Source of the DNA: Antedon mediterranea
Lineage: Eukaryota; Animalia; Echinodermata
NCBI RefSeq assembly: GCF_964355755.1
Contig: NC_092674.1
Span: 23,560,001 to 23,624,000 of the forward strand
Reading direction: 5' to 3'
DNA length: 64,000 nucleotides
Made by a program: the position numbers and the translations under genes. Shown here piece after piece: positions 12,501 to 25,200 of the stretch. The notes under the pieces are model-generated. The model ran no database searches and was not told the origin of the DNA. It was given only the letters and a program-made list of their open reading frames with translations. How positions within the stretch are numbered: position 1 is the first letter of the stretch; each line of letters opens with the position of its first letter.

Positions 12501-15500
12501 GGGTCCTCCCTTTAATGAATGGTGATCTGGGGGTCCTCCCTTTAATTGTTTCAACTTAAAAAAGGATTTTATCTGCTTTATAATAATTGTAATTGAATTT
12601 AAAAAATAAATATCTATTTTACCTACATATCTAAAGTTATTTAAAGTTATTTATTTTAATAGTAAAACAAAGAATTAGAATTTGTATTAATAATAATATA
12701 TTTTTTATCCATATAATAAATTAATAATTATGACAGGAAAAATGAAAATCAATTTGTATAATATTACCATTCATTAATTTAAATTAATGAAATGATGAGA
12801 ATGAAGATAAAAATGTCAACGAAGATTATATCATCTTAATGGCAAAAAGTGAGAAGAATTTTAAGGAGTGAACTAAGTCAACCATAACGACAAGAATAAA
12901 CTCAACTATTGCTTTGTTTAATATAAATTAATGTTCATGATTAGAGGTCGTTGAACTTTGCTACAAACAAAAGAAATCTGCCCAGCCATCCATTTAAAAA
13001 AAAAACTAATAACCTATTAAAATGGGTTAATAACTATTAAAGTAACTATAATCGCTCGAAGTACACAAACAATTTAGTACAGTGTTTTTTTTTCAATGAT
13101 GGCATGCTATGATGTCATTGTTTTTTTAACCTACTTATTACTAAAACAATCACACAAACTTAAGAATAGTTTTGATGGGGATAACAGGTTGTTGGCTGGA
13201 GTTAACCTAGATTCCCTTTTTATACATTTTATCATTTTAATCATTTAAACGTATTATATGTGTTACAGTATGATTAAGAACAACGGTGTTGGGGTGTACT
13301 CCAAAATGTAAAACAGTCGACGATATGCGCTTTGATTTTATTTTTAATCAATACAGTATGATCCAACTGTATTTTGCTACAGGAGACAAAATGCAAGGAA
13401 ATAGAATGTATGCTGTGCAGGGCCGTAGCCACCAGTACGGTTGGTAAGGTTTCCTGACCACTTTTTTATAGAGGTCTTCAGGGTCGAATTTTCACCACCC
13501 ACCCTAATTCCCCAGAAGAGATTGTCATTTTATATTAATAATTATATTTAAAGCATATTTGCCTTGTCTGTTTTTAACCTCTCACTACGGCCTTGGGTTT
13601 TTGACAACACAGTGGTTTGAACATAACATGAACACCGCCTTATTTCTTGTGGCTACATTCATTCATTCATTCTTTATTTAGCCTTTAAAATCGAAATTTT
13701 AAAACAAACATCACTGCTATGACTGACCTGTGTTTAGTGTTTTTGTTGCTAATTTGTATCTATTGTTATTGACATGCTGCCATAATTATATAGAATAATA
13801 CTTTTGTATAAATGATCAGGAACAGGAGGAACTACTACTACTACTGCTCTGTTTTTCAAAAAAAATGAAGAGAAATAAATAAGGGAAAAAAAAGTGCATT
13901 AACATTAACAATAACAAATTATAAATGCATGTCAATGACTTCTTAGCTATTAAATAAAAAGTTCAAATGTGGTAAAAACATTAAAAAATTTTTTGTTTTC
14001 TTACCCATTTAAAAGATGTTCATTGATAGAAGTTAAAGACAAAAGTTGAACGAGAAGCCATACAAAGCATGGTACAAAAATTAATGTGAATGATTGTACA
14101 AATATATGCAACTTCACTTGTAATAATGCACTTTTTAAGTCCTGTATTAAATGGAAAAGAAATATAAGAATAATTATTTTAGAGATGCATTATCTCTTTA
14201 AATTTTATTTGATAATGTTTTGTAATTTGGTATCGAGGACTGGAGGTAAATGGTATAATAAAGTAAGCCAGAACCGTACAACGTACTGCATTTGTTGTGT
14301 GGGTCGTTTGACCATAAACTTAGACCGAATCCTCAAGAGTATAATTTTCATATTAATTATGTTCGTTCTTGAGAACTCTGTCTATGGTACTGTATAGTAT
14401 ATAGCGCAAATATAAAAAGTAAGCAAAAAGGCATGGGTTTAAATTGGACTTAAGGATATTACTGTATATACAGTAGATTAGTGGATTTATGATAAAAATA
14501 GAATTAATAAATGAATATAATATTAATATTAATTAAAAATTAATATAATTTTTATTCTAATAATACTTGTATTGAATTGTCGTTATATATATAATTTACA
14601 CATTCTAAATGGCAAAATTAAATAATGTATCTAGAAGATTAAAAATAACAATCAAACAAACCTCTGTCCGCAAAGAAAGACCACTGTTAAAGAAGATGAA
14701 TGAAACTGCCAAATATTTTACAGTAATTTCTGGTCTCAAAATTCCTTCAATAAAAACAAAATATTCAAAAATATTTGTGATAACAAATGTAAAGTACATA
14801 AACACATTTCATTTTACTTTTCTAATTATTTTAAAAAATGTGATACCACAGTAGTACAGTAACCCCAACATCCAGAATCAATGGCACTTCACTGCCATGA
14901 AGGCCTAGAGGTCTCAACTATAGATATAGATATAGTACAGCATGAGGTCGTCAATTTCAATGTTAATCGCAGTTCAATGCAATTCTTTATAAGAGAGAAG
15001 ACCACTTAATATCGCGACTGAGATCATCCATTCGATATTTTAGTTATGTCCCCTACACAGTCACTCAATATATGCCTATGTTACAAGCATATTGTTATTG
15101 TCAACATATTCTAAATGATCTTTGTATGCAAACAATTTAGATAATTTACCAAATAATTATTCATTTAATTGGGATTAACAATATAATTATTTTTATCTAT
15201 GGTCTCAAACCAACTATGATGGGAGATATACTGATTTATTTCTTTGTAAAACAACACTTGTTTATTATTATTTTAACAATTACACCTAGGCCTACCTACT
15301 TTTTGTACATCATAATTATGTAATGAAAAAAAGAGGTAATCAATGATTTTGGGGTTTAAATCAGAAATCAAAGATTATGAGGCAAAAAAATATATGCAAA
15401 GAATATGAACATGTATAATCAGTTACGTGGGCCGGCACAATACAACGCTTCTGTGAAGTCAGATAATAATTAATACTTAATGATGGTGTGGTTTAGTTTT

Positions 15501-15923
15501 ACTATCAGTAGCTTATGGTAGAAAACAAATGTCAAATTATACAGATATAAATATAAAGCTAAGACCTCTAACCATATTTTAATAATTCAACAGTTAAAGC
15601 CTAATATTAATTGACATAAATGCTAGGCCTTGCATGGATGAAATTGCTAGATTAAAGTGACCGGTTTAATGCCGCACTTATTCATTATTCACGGTCAGTC
15701 GCCACGTCAACAACAAACGTACACAATCAAAACACAGCCTTCGTTTTACTAATAAATTCGAGGAATAAAGAACAGCTAAATACAGCCAAATGGTGTCATA
15801 AATACCTCCTTTTACACCTATAACTGGTGCTAATTTCGCTAACGAAATTACCACAATTATACCGATCAGGAACCAATTCTTTTTTATTTTGTCCAAAAAT
15901 ACCATTTTGATCGGAATTTTCAT
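487..15923 (-). CDS. SLC10A7: SLC10A7 sodium/bile acid cotransporter family member 7, spliced gene (about 339 or 357 aa depending on last exon)
   Basis: Exons 15806-15905 (or 15923), 14662-14744, 14005-14141, 11927-12002, 9258-9296, 7245-7280, 5391-5474, 4302-4467, 3738-3863, 2533-2683, then 1525-1546 or 487-562. All are GT-AG with consistent phases. The translation matches SLC10A7 hallmarks [66 protein letters not shown] and [13 protein letters not shown]. Confidence 0.96.
1100..1464. mobile_element. MITE with TIR CAG(A/G)G(T/C)GGATTGCTATAA
   Basis: cagaggtggattgctataa at 1100 and ttatagcaatccgcccctg ending at 1464; internal taagac repeats. Confidence 0.65.
1480..1546 (-). CDS. SLC10A7: SLC10A7 candidate alternative exon 11a encoding RNTPGVV-stop (coding 1546-1525)
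   Basis: ttctttcttaag acceptor in the correct phase, TGA at 1527-1525, gtaagt donor at 1479. Confidence 0.6.
1682..1791. mobile_element. Small MITE-like inverted-repeat element with internal ACTGCAG repeats
   Basis: agggatcatgtcaaaatta ... taatttgacataatccct; related remnant near 61996-62130. Confidence 0.45.
2533..2683 (-). CDS. SLC10A7: SLC10A7 exon 10 ([49 protein letters not shown])
   Basis: 151 nt within ORF 2484-2705; tacag acceptor, AG|gtttg donor (phase 2). Confidence 0.92.
2801..3107 (+). mobile_element. Full-length tRNA-derived SINE with CORE-like central domain and (ATT)n tail, inserted in a Tc1-type MITE
   Basis: A/B boxes (tggtgctgtgtg, ggttcgaatcc), ccttaggcaag...ctctccacccaggtgtataattggg core, gcgctatataag...tattattatta tail, flanking ttaacact duplication. 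Confidence 0.85.
3738..3863 (-). CDS. SLC10A7: SLC10A7 exon 9 ([43 protein letters not shown])
   Basis: 126 nt, phase 1 to 1, THKSLTLG motif. Confidence 0.94.
4302..4467 (-). CDS. SLC10A7: SLC10A7 exon 8 ([40 protein letters not shown]...)
   Basis: 166 nt, conserved WLERxKPPFG and [10 protein letters not shown]. Confidence 0.95.
5391..5474 (-). CDS. SLC10A7: SLC10A7 exon 7 ([28 protein letters not shown])
   Basis: 84 nt, ttttag acceptor and gtaagt donor. Confidence 0.95.
7245..7280 (-). CDS. SLC10A7: SLC10A7 exon 6 ([12 protein letters not shown])
   Basis: 36 nt small exon, tttcag acceptor and gtaagt donor. Confidence 0.93.
9258..9296 (-). CDS. SLC10A7: SLC10A7 exon 5 ([13 protein letters not shown])
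   Basis: 39 nt small exon, ttccag acceptor and gtaagt donor. Confidence 0.95.
9610..9722 (+). mobile_element. Deu/Nin-domain SINE remnant
   Basis: ggaggtcc...taaagaaccc...gaagagtaggagt...ctcagtccctg resembles the Deu domain as I recall it. Confidence 0.45.
9890..9945. mobile_element. 56-bp micro-MITE of the same CATGGAGG family, 7-bp TSD
   Basis: ccctgat [catggaggaaatata...tatatttccttcatg] ccctgat. Confidence 0.72.
11507..11620 (-). mobile_element. Short HINE/DINE-1-like element with (GACC)n microsatellite
   Basis: Near-identical reverse complement of 63410-63518; agtcgcgt inverted repeats and terminal hairpin. Confidence 0.7.
11927..12002 (-). CDS. SLC10A7: SLC10A7 exon 4 ([25 protein letters not shown])
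   Basis: 76 nt, near-invariant SLC10A7 motif, gtaagt donor. Confidence 0.97.
12365..12545. repeat. 30-bp minisatellite, 6 perfect copies (atgaatggtgatctgggggtcctcccttta)
   Basis: Direct reading; it produces the repetitive ORFs 12279-12554 and 12305-12559. Confidence 0.95.
14005..14141 (-). CDS. SLC10A7: SLC10A7 exon 3 ([46 protein letters not shown])
   Basis: 137 nt, tacag acceptor and gtaag donor, phase 0 to 2. Confidence 0.94.
14662..14744 (-). CDS. SLC10A7: SLC10A7 exon 2 ([27 protein letters not shown])
   Basis: 83 nt, AG/GT flanks, conserved FFNSGLSL motif. Confidence 0.95.
15806..15923 (-). CDS. SLC10A7: SLC10A7 coding exon 1 ([34 protein letters not shown]); start at 15905 or 15923
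   Basis: ORF 15678-15923 N-terminus resembles the SLC10A7 start; GT donor at 15805-15804, phase 1. Confidence 0.92.
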
Positions 15924-16160
15924 TCATCACATAAGAATCGTCGTCTGCTAAAACTTCTTTGGCACTAAAAGATAATTCTTTGAAAATTATATGATTATTA
16001 ATTTGCTCATATATAACTAATGAATGATTAACAAAATGTATTATATGAAGTATTTATTATAGATATTATTTATTCAGTAATATACATTGTACAAAATTGT
16101 GTGTTAAATATTGATATGTATTCATTGTGATGAACAAGCCTAGAAACATCTTGCTGGAAA
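15924..16160. promoter_or_regulatory. Putative bidirectional promoter between SLC10A7 and OBI1
   Basis: Divergent start codons about 240-255 bp apart; YY1-type AAAATGGCGG overlaps the OBI1 ATG (16158-16167). Confidence 0.7.
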
Positions 16161-16238
16161 ATGGCGGAGAAAACAACTTTCTCTCAAGCATCCCTTTCAT
16201 TTACGCTTCCAATTTCCTGTCAAATATGCCTTTGCAAA
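16161..16238 (+). CDS. OBI1: OBI1 exon 1 (MAEKTTFSQASLSFTLPISCQICLCK)
   Basis: ATG in AAAATGG context, gtaagc donor, first RING CxxC. Confidence 0.93.
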
Positions 16239-19200
16239 GTAAGCTAATGTGACGATACTGTTTGAGATAGTATCTGTTTATTTGTCTGGATTTTCAATTG
16301 AGCTTTATAGTTTTGTAAACACGAGTTGCGTGTTGTCGTCGGTCTTTTCAACCACCAAGCATGTCTGTTTTTCCCGTGTACATCGCTCAAACCACCGCAG
16401 TCTGTTCATAACAAGCTTCTAGGCGCGGCCTAGGGCCAGACCTAGTGTACATCTGTTAAACTAGATGAGAAAGGTTTAATATAGTTGTCCTGTATCACTA
16501 TAGTGATTAGTAATACACTCTCTAGCATTTAATTTTTCTTTTCTTTTTAAAATACTGTAGTGTAGTGTAAAGTAAGTGACTACTGTATACATTTTTTTAA
16601 ATCATCTATTTTTAATATTTTAAAATATATTTCTTGTGTGTTGTATATATTTCAAGTATGCTTTTTTCTACATGTTTAATTTCTCACTGGTTACAGTTCC
16701 ACTTTGATCGGTTCTGAATGAAGGTGTCCCATTATTATTAATAGGGGTTAACTCTATTATTATTTTGCTTGTTTTAATTTTTAAAAACAAGTCTTTTTTT
16801 AACTATGATTTCAGGTAAAGGAGCCATTAGTTTGTCCAAACCAACATGTGTTCTGTACAAAGTGTATGCGAGTCTGGCTGCAACATAATCAACACTGCCC
16901 ATCCTGCCGAATACCTATAACACCTGACACGCCCTGCAAACAGATAATAGGTAAAGTTAAAACAGAACTTAAAGTCTTTCTGGCTTATATCTGACTCCTC
17001 CCCCCCCCCCCCAACATGACTGAATTTCAGTGTATTTATATGCAATTTTATGTATTAACAAACTAGTTTAGCATTATATCATTGTGTATTATCATGTAAG
17101 TTATTATGGAAATAAATTGAAATAAAATGGAGCTTACTGATGTTCACGAAAACAATATAAATATATAGAAAAGAACTACTTTATTATGTTTTCTATAGGT
17201 GGTCCTTCTCCACCAAATAGCAATCATGCTAGGTTCTCTACACCAGCTATCAGAAAGGTCCGCTTTGAGATGATCTACAAAGAGTATGAGGTGAGATATG
17301 AAGCAATCATTTTTTTAATCAAATTTTTGGTGAATAAAATAACTAATATGTGACATTAAAATAGCATATTCTAAAAAAATATATTTTTTCAGGGGACAGT
17401 ATATCTTTAACCAAAGAGGCCCAGATCATTATTGTTTATCCCGTGCACAAACAAAACATTTGCTTGCTTGTTGGTTTGCTCATTTGGTTAGATTTTGTAG
17501 AACTAGCAAAGGTTTTACTAGTGGTTAAAAAGCCATGCCAAGAATTTCCAAAATGTTGCTAGCCATAATATTACCTCACCATATTATCAAAATAGCTTGC
17601 CTATGAATGAAGTTTCCTAAATTGCTAAAAAAAAAACACCCCAAAAAACACACTTTTATTAATATTGATTTATAGATAGATGTTTATTTCATTATTATCT
17701 GCAAAGTTAACTTTAGCCTATAGATAACCATTATAAGTTTGTATAATACAAACACAACCATGTATGTACATATGTATATTTAAAATCAATTAATTAAAGT
17801 AACGTTTATTTCTCTTATCTTGTGCAGTAATCAACAGTTTTTATTCAATGAATAAAGAAGTGGGGAATCCCCAAATGCAAACATTTGCGAAGAGCTGCCT
17901 GAACCTTAAAGAAATGTATTTTATTTGTGGTTACAGTTATACCCAAACTGCCCCTCTTGTCTGCCCTATAGACCTCATGCTTAGTGACTATAATCGTCAT
18001 TGGACACAGATAGCGTGGTAAATGATAATGATGATACATTTACGCGATCTATGAATCAGTTATCGCTGATGTACCATATTTAAAATATATGAGACAATAT
18101 TGATTTTCTTTTCGTAGTCAAATCTGAATATGTTAGGGAAGTAACAACATTCTTTAAAATATTAATAATACTCTGTGTAGTCTACCAAAATAGTTTTGTA
18201 ATGTGTAAAAAGGTGTGACTATGACCACACCCAACATTTTAAAAGGAATTAGTAGACCCCCTTATGGGACACCCTATTGAGGAGACATTTTCCTTTGAAA
18301 CAAACAGTATATTATGTTTGAACAGGTATACTTCTTCATCGTCAAAAGTTCCACAATCAACAAATTGATTATTACCGAGCTAGGAGGCCTACTGGAAGAG
18401 TGAGCTACTTTTAAGTAGTGTCTGTGTGTAACAGTGGATGTGTGGACTAGTAAACCTCCCTACTTGCCCAACTTTGTTGGGTCCCAAAAAGATGTCCCAA
18501 TTATATATACTAGATGGTACGCGAGCGAAGCGAGCGTACCATCTAGGTCGTGTCCACAGATGGTTCTCGAATACACAGTAATTTCAGCGTAAAAAATGTA
18601 CGTACTGCAGGACTATTGTACATTGTCGTTTACAGAAACGAATAAATAGACACGATAATTTATGTAAAATTAGCACCCTGAGAATTAGGCCTTGTCTTAA
18701 AAATGAGTCCAATTTTTTTTTTATTTGAACTCATTTAAACAAACCCGATTTGTGTTTTGTATATAACATTAGAGTTAAGGGATGGGGAAGAGGATGGGAA
18801 AAACAATTTTTAAATATATTCTCTATCCAGTCAGTAAAGACATATTGTTTTAAATGTATTATAGGCCTATCAATAATATACCACTAAACACAGTAAAACA
18901 TTTACGATTTATAATACTTTTTTTAAACTGTTCCTGTTATAGTCGATTGAAATAGTAAAGTACATGTAACGATACACCACTACCATGTTTATATTTTTTA
19001 TAATTATTAATTAATACAAACGTTGAGAAGCAACTGTTAGTAATCTACCCACAGTCACAGTAATATTAATGTTCTTTGTATATTTTGTTTACAGTATATG
19101 TCTAAACAGTAAGAAAATTTCGATTCAAATGGCGACCAAAAATGGTTAATACGTACAGTATTTACAATATTGTCAAAGTATTGCAATACTATATATAAGT

Positions 19201-22200
19201 TTTATTCTCCAATGGCCCATAAATTTACCTACTTGTTTTAAACCAAGGGCTCATAAATTTATCTACAAACTGGGAGTCTGAGAAATTGGAATGTTCCATT
19301 CATCGCAAATCAATACATTTGTATAAACGTACATTAAATCTATTAAAATAGTATTTTTTAAAAGAAAATTGGCCTGTCTTCAACATTATGATACTGTACT
19401 CGAGCTGTTCAACCGGTTTTCAGCTATTAAAAACAATTATCGTGGGAGGAGATAGGAAAATGCGAAGCATCCTCGTATTATTGTGTGCAGGTATTTTTCA
19501 TGAGGACATCCATTAGACAGTGTATACCACGATCGGAAAACACCCCTATTTGGGGCAAATCGTTGAACCTAAATTCGTTTTAATGGTCACTAATTATCTA
19601 ACTCAATTTAATTAGTAAACAGGGTTACATCAGATGGTTAAAATCAGTACCGAAAGTACGAACCAACTTTATATACCATCGAGTAAAAATTCTAGAAATA
19701 AATTGTGATTTACCGAATTTTGCCCTTACGTAAATTTATATATAGATACTGTATTCTTACTATATTTACTGTTACTGTGTAAGAATAATATCAAAGTGCT
19801 TTTGTAACAAACTTGTACATTTATCTGTTGAATCGGAATCTGCCCAGAATTGAAAAATGGACACAAAAGTACAATATGGAGATAAATCAGACCTTCAATT
19901 TTTATAATTTAGTTAACATTGAACTGAGCAAATCTTTTTTTTTAATTAGGATGAAATCGCCAAGCTAAATGAAAAGGTAAAGTCACTTGAAGAGAAAAAC
20001 TTAACCCTTGAAGATAGGCTAAAAGAGTATACCAAGGCAGCCTCCAGCCAGCCAGTTACCTTCCCTGCCAACACTAACAATTATAGTGAAAGTGATAAAA
20101 GCATGAAGCCTAGCAATTCAGAGACAAATTCAATTGAAAAAATGCCATCCCTTGTAAAGCTCACTAAAAATCTAGAAGTTGCAGCGGCTACCTATAAGCA
20201 AGTCAAATTGGATATGGATCATTTAAAACAGGTAAGAACTCCTCCAATCTCAACTGAGTACTGGTACCCTGAAAGTGGTTGTTTCCCCAAATGCAAAATT
20301 ATAAAAAATTTCCTACTTTTCTCCAATCTTAATCTATATTAATATTATAAACCTATAAAAACCATTGAATCTAACAAAAAAAAGGTTAATTTTCTTTAAT
20401 TCAAATCTTTTATTCTACTGGAACATACTGTAGAGCAGCGTTCCGCAAACTTTTTATTTCGAGGCCTAAAATCCTTTTCCCAGGACTAACCCGCAGCCCA
20501 ACTACCCAGTTGCACCAATGTAATGAAGGCCCGATTGAAGATATAACAAGACTCCGTCACTCATACCTTAGCCCCTCCATGGTTGGGGCTGAGGTAAAAA
20601 AAATTCCAAAAATGTTATTAAGCCGCAGCCCATAGTTTGCGGCCCGAGAACATGGCTGGTTGATGCATGATTTGCCTTATACCTAGTAACATAGTGTATA
20701 ATAATTTAGAGATGAAATTTATTATATATTTCTTTTGACTGGATTACATAGTACTCCTATTAAATTTTGAATATAATTTATGTAATGTAAACATTGTACA
20801 GTTTATTAACAAAGTTTACAAAATTGAAAATACATTTACAGAAGATATCTTATACTATAGCTGTGTTCATATGACTTATGCAGAGAGCTTTATGCCCTTG
20901 CATGTTACTGATGATAAGACCTTTTTACTATCACAAACTTGTTCTTCATCTACTTTTATACAGTACAACCCTACTTATTTAGGACACATCTATTCAGGGG
21001 ACACTTTAACAAGAAACGTACAAGGGCCAGTATTATGTTTCAACACTATATATGGACAACCGCTATTCAGAGGATACTCCTAAGCTATTAATTAGGGAAA
21101 CATTATAACATGGCCCAGAAGGTGTGCCCTTAATAATGAGGTTATATGTACAGTAGTATCCATTGAAAAGGTTGTTTTAATAATAAAGTTGTTGTTGTAC
21201 GTTATTTTTGCATAAATGTCAATTGTCCAGTGTAAGTGACCATTTGCTATCTCCATCAATACATTTTTTTTTATTTCAATTACAATTCAACATTTCTTTG
21301 CCACCTACCTCCCATTAGGCACTTCATTAAATATGATAATTTATTTACAAGTCTACATAACTTATTAATAGTAAAAGCTAAAATCTTATTTTTAATTTAG
21401 AATCATCAATATTTGAAAGGGTTTCTTGACAAAGTCTGACAATATAATAGAAACGGCTGTTTTTTGCGTTGACGATGCATCGTGCAATATACCCGTGAGA
21501 TTTCTTGGTGGCTCCTACAATTCACCTATTAGTCGAAATCTTATGACTTGGCTGTAAACCGGTTATGATTTTTCATAGATTTTCTTAATTATTGATGAGA
21601 TCTTAACACCACTGAGCCAGATGATTGAATAAAGACATCAACAATGACATCAGTAAGACATCTTTAAATTAGTTTTGAGATATTAAAACAAATTTTCTTT
21701 CTCAAATAATGTTTGAAGTTTGATTTTTAATGAATATAAATTTGATTGTAGTACTTTTGGTTGTTATTGCTTTTTTAACCTATTTTTATTTAATCAATAA
21801 ATAGATTAAAATGGAAGCTAATTATTTTGAATTTTAATGTAGATTTAAAAATTGTTAAGTTTTATCAATTTTTTGATGTAGTTAAAAATTCAGTGAGAGA
21901 ACAAAATTATTTACTAATTTATTATAATTAATAATTCTAATAATATATTTAACTAGAAAGCCACTCCGAGAGGGCATACCTCCGCCTACTGTAAAATTCT
22001 CCTACATGAGATTTCTCCGGTAAAAAAAAAATATATATATTTGTGCGTGTTTTAATGCTGTTTGTGATTTAGGCTAATTTCATTACATACAAGCATGTGT
22101 ACAGTATGCGAGTTTGGTGTAATGGTTATGTAACAAGCCTTTCAATTAACAATAGCTTCAGTCGACTAACAATAGAACAGCAACGCAAAAATCAAACGAG

Positions 22201-25200
22201 TGAATTTGAAAAGAAATAGGTTTTTTAAACTACCCGCATCAAAAAACGTGCACATTAAATCAGATTATGTTTTAAAATTACAAATCACAAATTATAACTC
22301 TTGCCTCTTGTTAAAAAATGAAGTTTTTTGGACAAGTAGTTCTCGAGAAAATGCAATTTCAGTTTACTTGTTACTTTAAGACTGCTCGCCGGCTTTTGAA
22401 AAATTCTGTCCTATCTTTTAACACTAGCAGGTCTAAAAAAGTATACTAAAAAGTGGTCCAGAATTGGGACTGTGGTCCCAAATGGTCCCAAAATTTAATG
22501 GAATGGTCCTTGACCACATATCTATATGTCTATTCATTTTGGTAAAGATCTTGTAATTACTTTTTGAGTAATCCTGCTAACAAACAAACACACGCTACCG
22601 ATTACATATACCTCCTTGGCGGGGGTAAATAATTAATCCATAATAATGACTATAAAAGAGGAAGTTATTAATACAAAAATAACAATTACTTTAAAAATAT
22701 TATTACCGGCGGTGCGGTATATGAAAAAATAATGATGTTGTTATTTAAATCCGCTGTAAATGTATATGCAAATTACAAAAAGTACATAGTATTAGTAATT
22801 TTCGATATTTTTGAAGAGTATTTTTATTCTACTGCTTCAGTGCTTGCTTTACAACTGTGCTTTAACACAATTTAGAATGTGACAGTGTTGCGGGCTAATT
22901 CTCATCTCATTGCTTGTAGTCTTTAGGCAAGACATTTTAAGTTTGCCTCTCTCCACCCAGGTTTACAAATGGGTACTTAGTTAGGTCAAACACAAATGCG
23001 CTGATTACCAGATGCAACTATGGGTTCCATACGTCTTTCATCAAACAGTGAACAGTTTAATAATATGAAACGCTTAAGCCTTGTCTACACTATCAAACTT
23101 TATGTGACAACAAAAATGTGATGTGCCCATACTGGACATGATGATGTCGTACCACTTATTTGGAAATATCAAGTGTTACCATATTTGGAAGAGAAGAGTT
23201 TGACATTATTTTAAGTGCAAGAATGACATATGCAGCTCAGTAATACAGTAGTATTATTTAAACCATCTCTACTTTCTTTTTGCAGTAATAAAGGAGGTGC
23301 TCAGAATATCCCTTTTTAAAAATGTATTTTTCTATGGAACTATCTATTTTTTTGGTGGACTCATTGAAAAATGAACAATAAAATTTGTTTTCTTAAGCTC
23401 TGTCTACACTATCAAACTAGTTTGACAACAAAAATGATGTGATGTGCCCAAATACAGTATGGTACTGATTATTGCTCAAATATGGTAATGATATGACATC
23501 ATCATGTCCATATATGGGCACATAACTTCTTTTTGTCACATCAAGTTTGATAGTGTAGACAGGGCTTTATTAAGCTTTACAGACTTTAAACATGTAACTG
23601 TATGTACTGTGTAGTATGGCCTAGATCTGTGGCACAGCACAACACTTTGCACTGACTAGGTCATAGAATATATTTTTATATCATGTACTTTACGCTATAA
23701 TTAGTAATGATGATTATAATAGATATTGACATGTTTGACAATATTCTCTTTATTGCATAGTGATATGTCAGGCTTGATTGCTTTTAATGGTCAAATACAC
23801 AATTCTGCAGATGCTGTATGTTTCTTGCAAATGTTTAGGCTAAACCATTACATACAATATTTCATTTACTTAGAAATCAATCAGGTAATACTGTACAGTT
23901 CCCAAAGTATCCCAGAATTATTGTCTCGTTATTTTCATAATATAATTTAATGATATATTAAAAGAAATGATGATGATGGTATGAGGGATGGTTCCCACTT
24001 GAGGGCATGGCTCGGGATGATACCATTATTTAATAGTGGTGCTATTTGGTTTTCTTCTTTTCGTAAATGTATTCCTATCTTCAGAGAAAGAGTGAGAGGC
24101 TATTGTAGTCAGTTTAAATGTCACTTAGTGGACTATCAACACGGTTGTTTTAAGTTATTTGAAGATATTTTGTGAAACACCTTTTAAAAATCCCTTTTTA
24201 GAAAAAAAATTATAATTTAAGTATTATAAATGTTACTGTATTTTAACTTTAAATTTGGTTAATGTTATTGCACCTTTTAATACTTCAGACAGATACAATT
24301 TATGCTACTACAATAGATGGGCATTTGTACCTGTTAGTGTTACATTTTAACAAAACCCTTATTTAATAAAAACAAAAAAATCTTCTTTCTTTTTAAAGTA
24401 AAGTACCTTACTACTACTATAATAGTTCCTCGTTTAAAAAAGGGCTAAACTCAAATTAGGAACCCACCACTACATTTTGACCATTGGTTTTGTATTGTAC
24501 AATACGTATGTGTACACATGTACTTGTTCTTGTTGAAATATCAATTATTTATTTACTGTATACTGCCCTCTCTTTTCAAATAAGCAAAACTTTAGTAAAA
24601 TAAAGTACCCTATACTGTACAGTAATTCATTTTTTTTTTCTCAGTTACAGTACCTACACTGTAGTTGATCATGAATTAAATTTAAAAGAAAATATAGACC
24701 AATGTGTATGAGTTTTCTCCATTTAAACACCCCTTCAATGAAAAATATTTCAATTGTGGACAGTGGTGTAACTGATGCGCGCTCACTGGCTCACAGAGCA
24801 TGAGTAGTCTCAATGCAATTGGTTCCTTGATACAGATACAGTAGGCCCTGTAGACCTTGAAGAAAAGGGCCGGCAATTTTTCTTTGAAGGATTCCACAGT
24901 TTTTAAAGAAATGATATTATATGGTAATTAAATTAAATTTGTATAAACCTAGATTGTTGTTTCTGAACTGATGCAAAACACTATATACAGGGTAAAGTCC
25001 CAATTTTCAAAGGACACCTCTGTGGATTTTTCTATGAAATGAATGAACTCTAATGTAATACTAAACACTGTAGATGTACGTGTAGAACCTAGAATCTGGC
25101 CTCTAGATGAACTTGTGCATGGTAAATTGGACCCTGGACGAAAACTAAAGTGTTTAGAACAAGTTTAGAAGGAAACATCATGGGCCACCACCCTAGCTGC

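Noticed and set aside
12365-12545. CRISPR-like array
   Set aside because: Repeats are contiguous with no unique spacers, there are no cas genes, and the context is eukaryotic.
12279-12559. Repetitive ORFs ([10 protein letters not shown])n and ([10 protein letters not shown])n
   Set aside because: By-products of a 30-bp intronic minisatellite; no splice or homology support.
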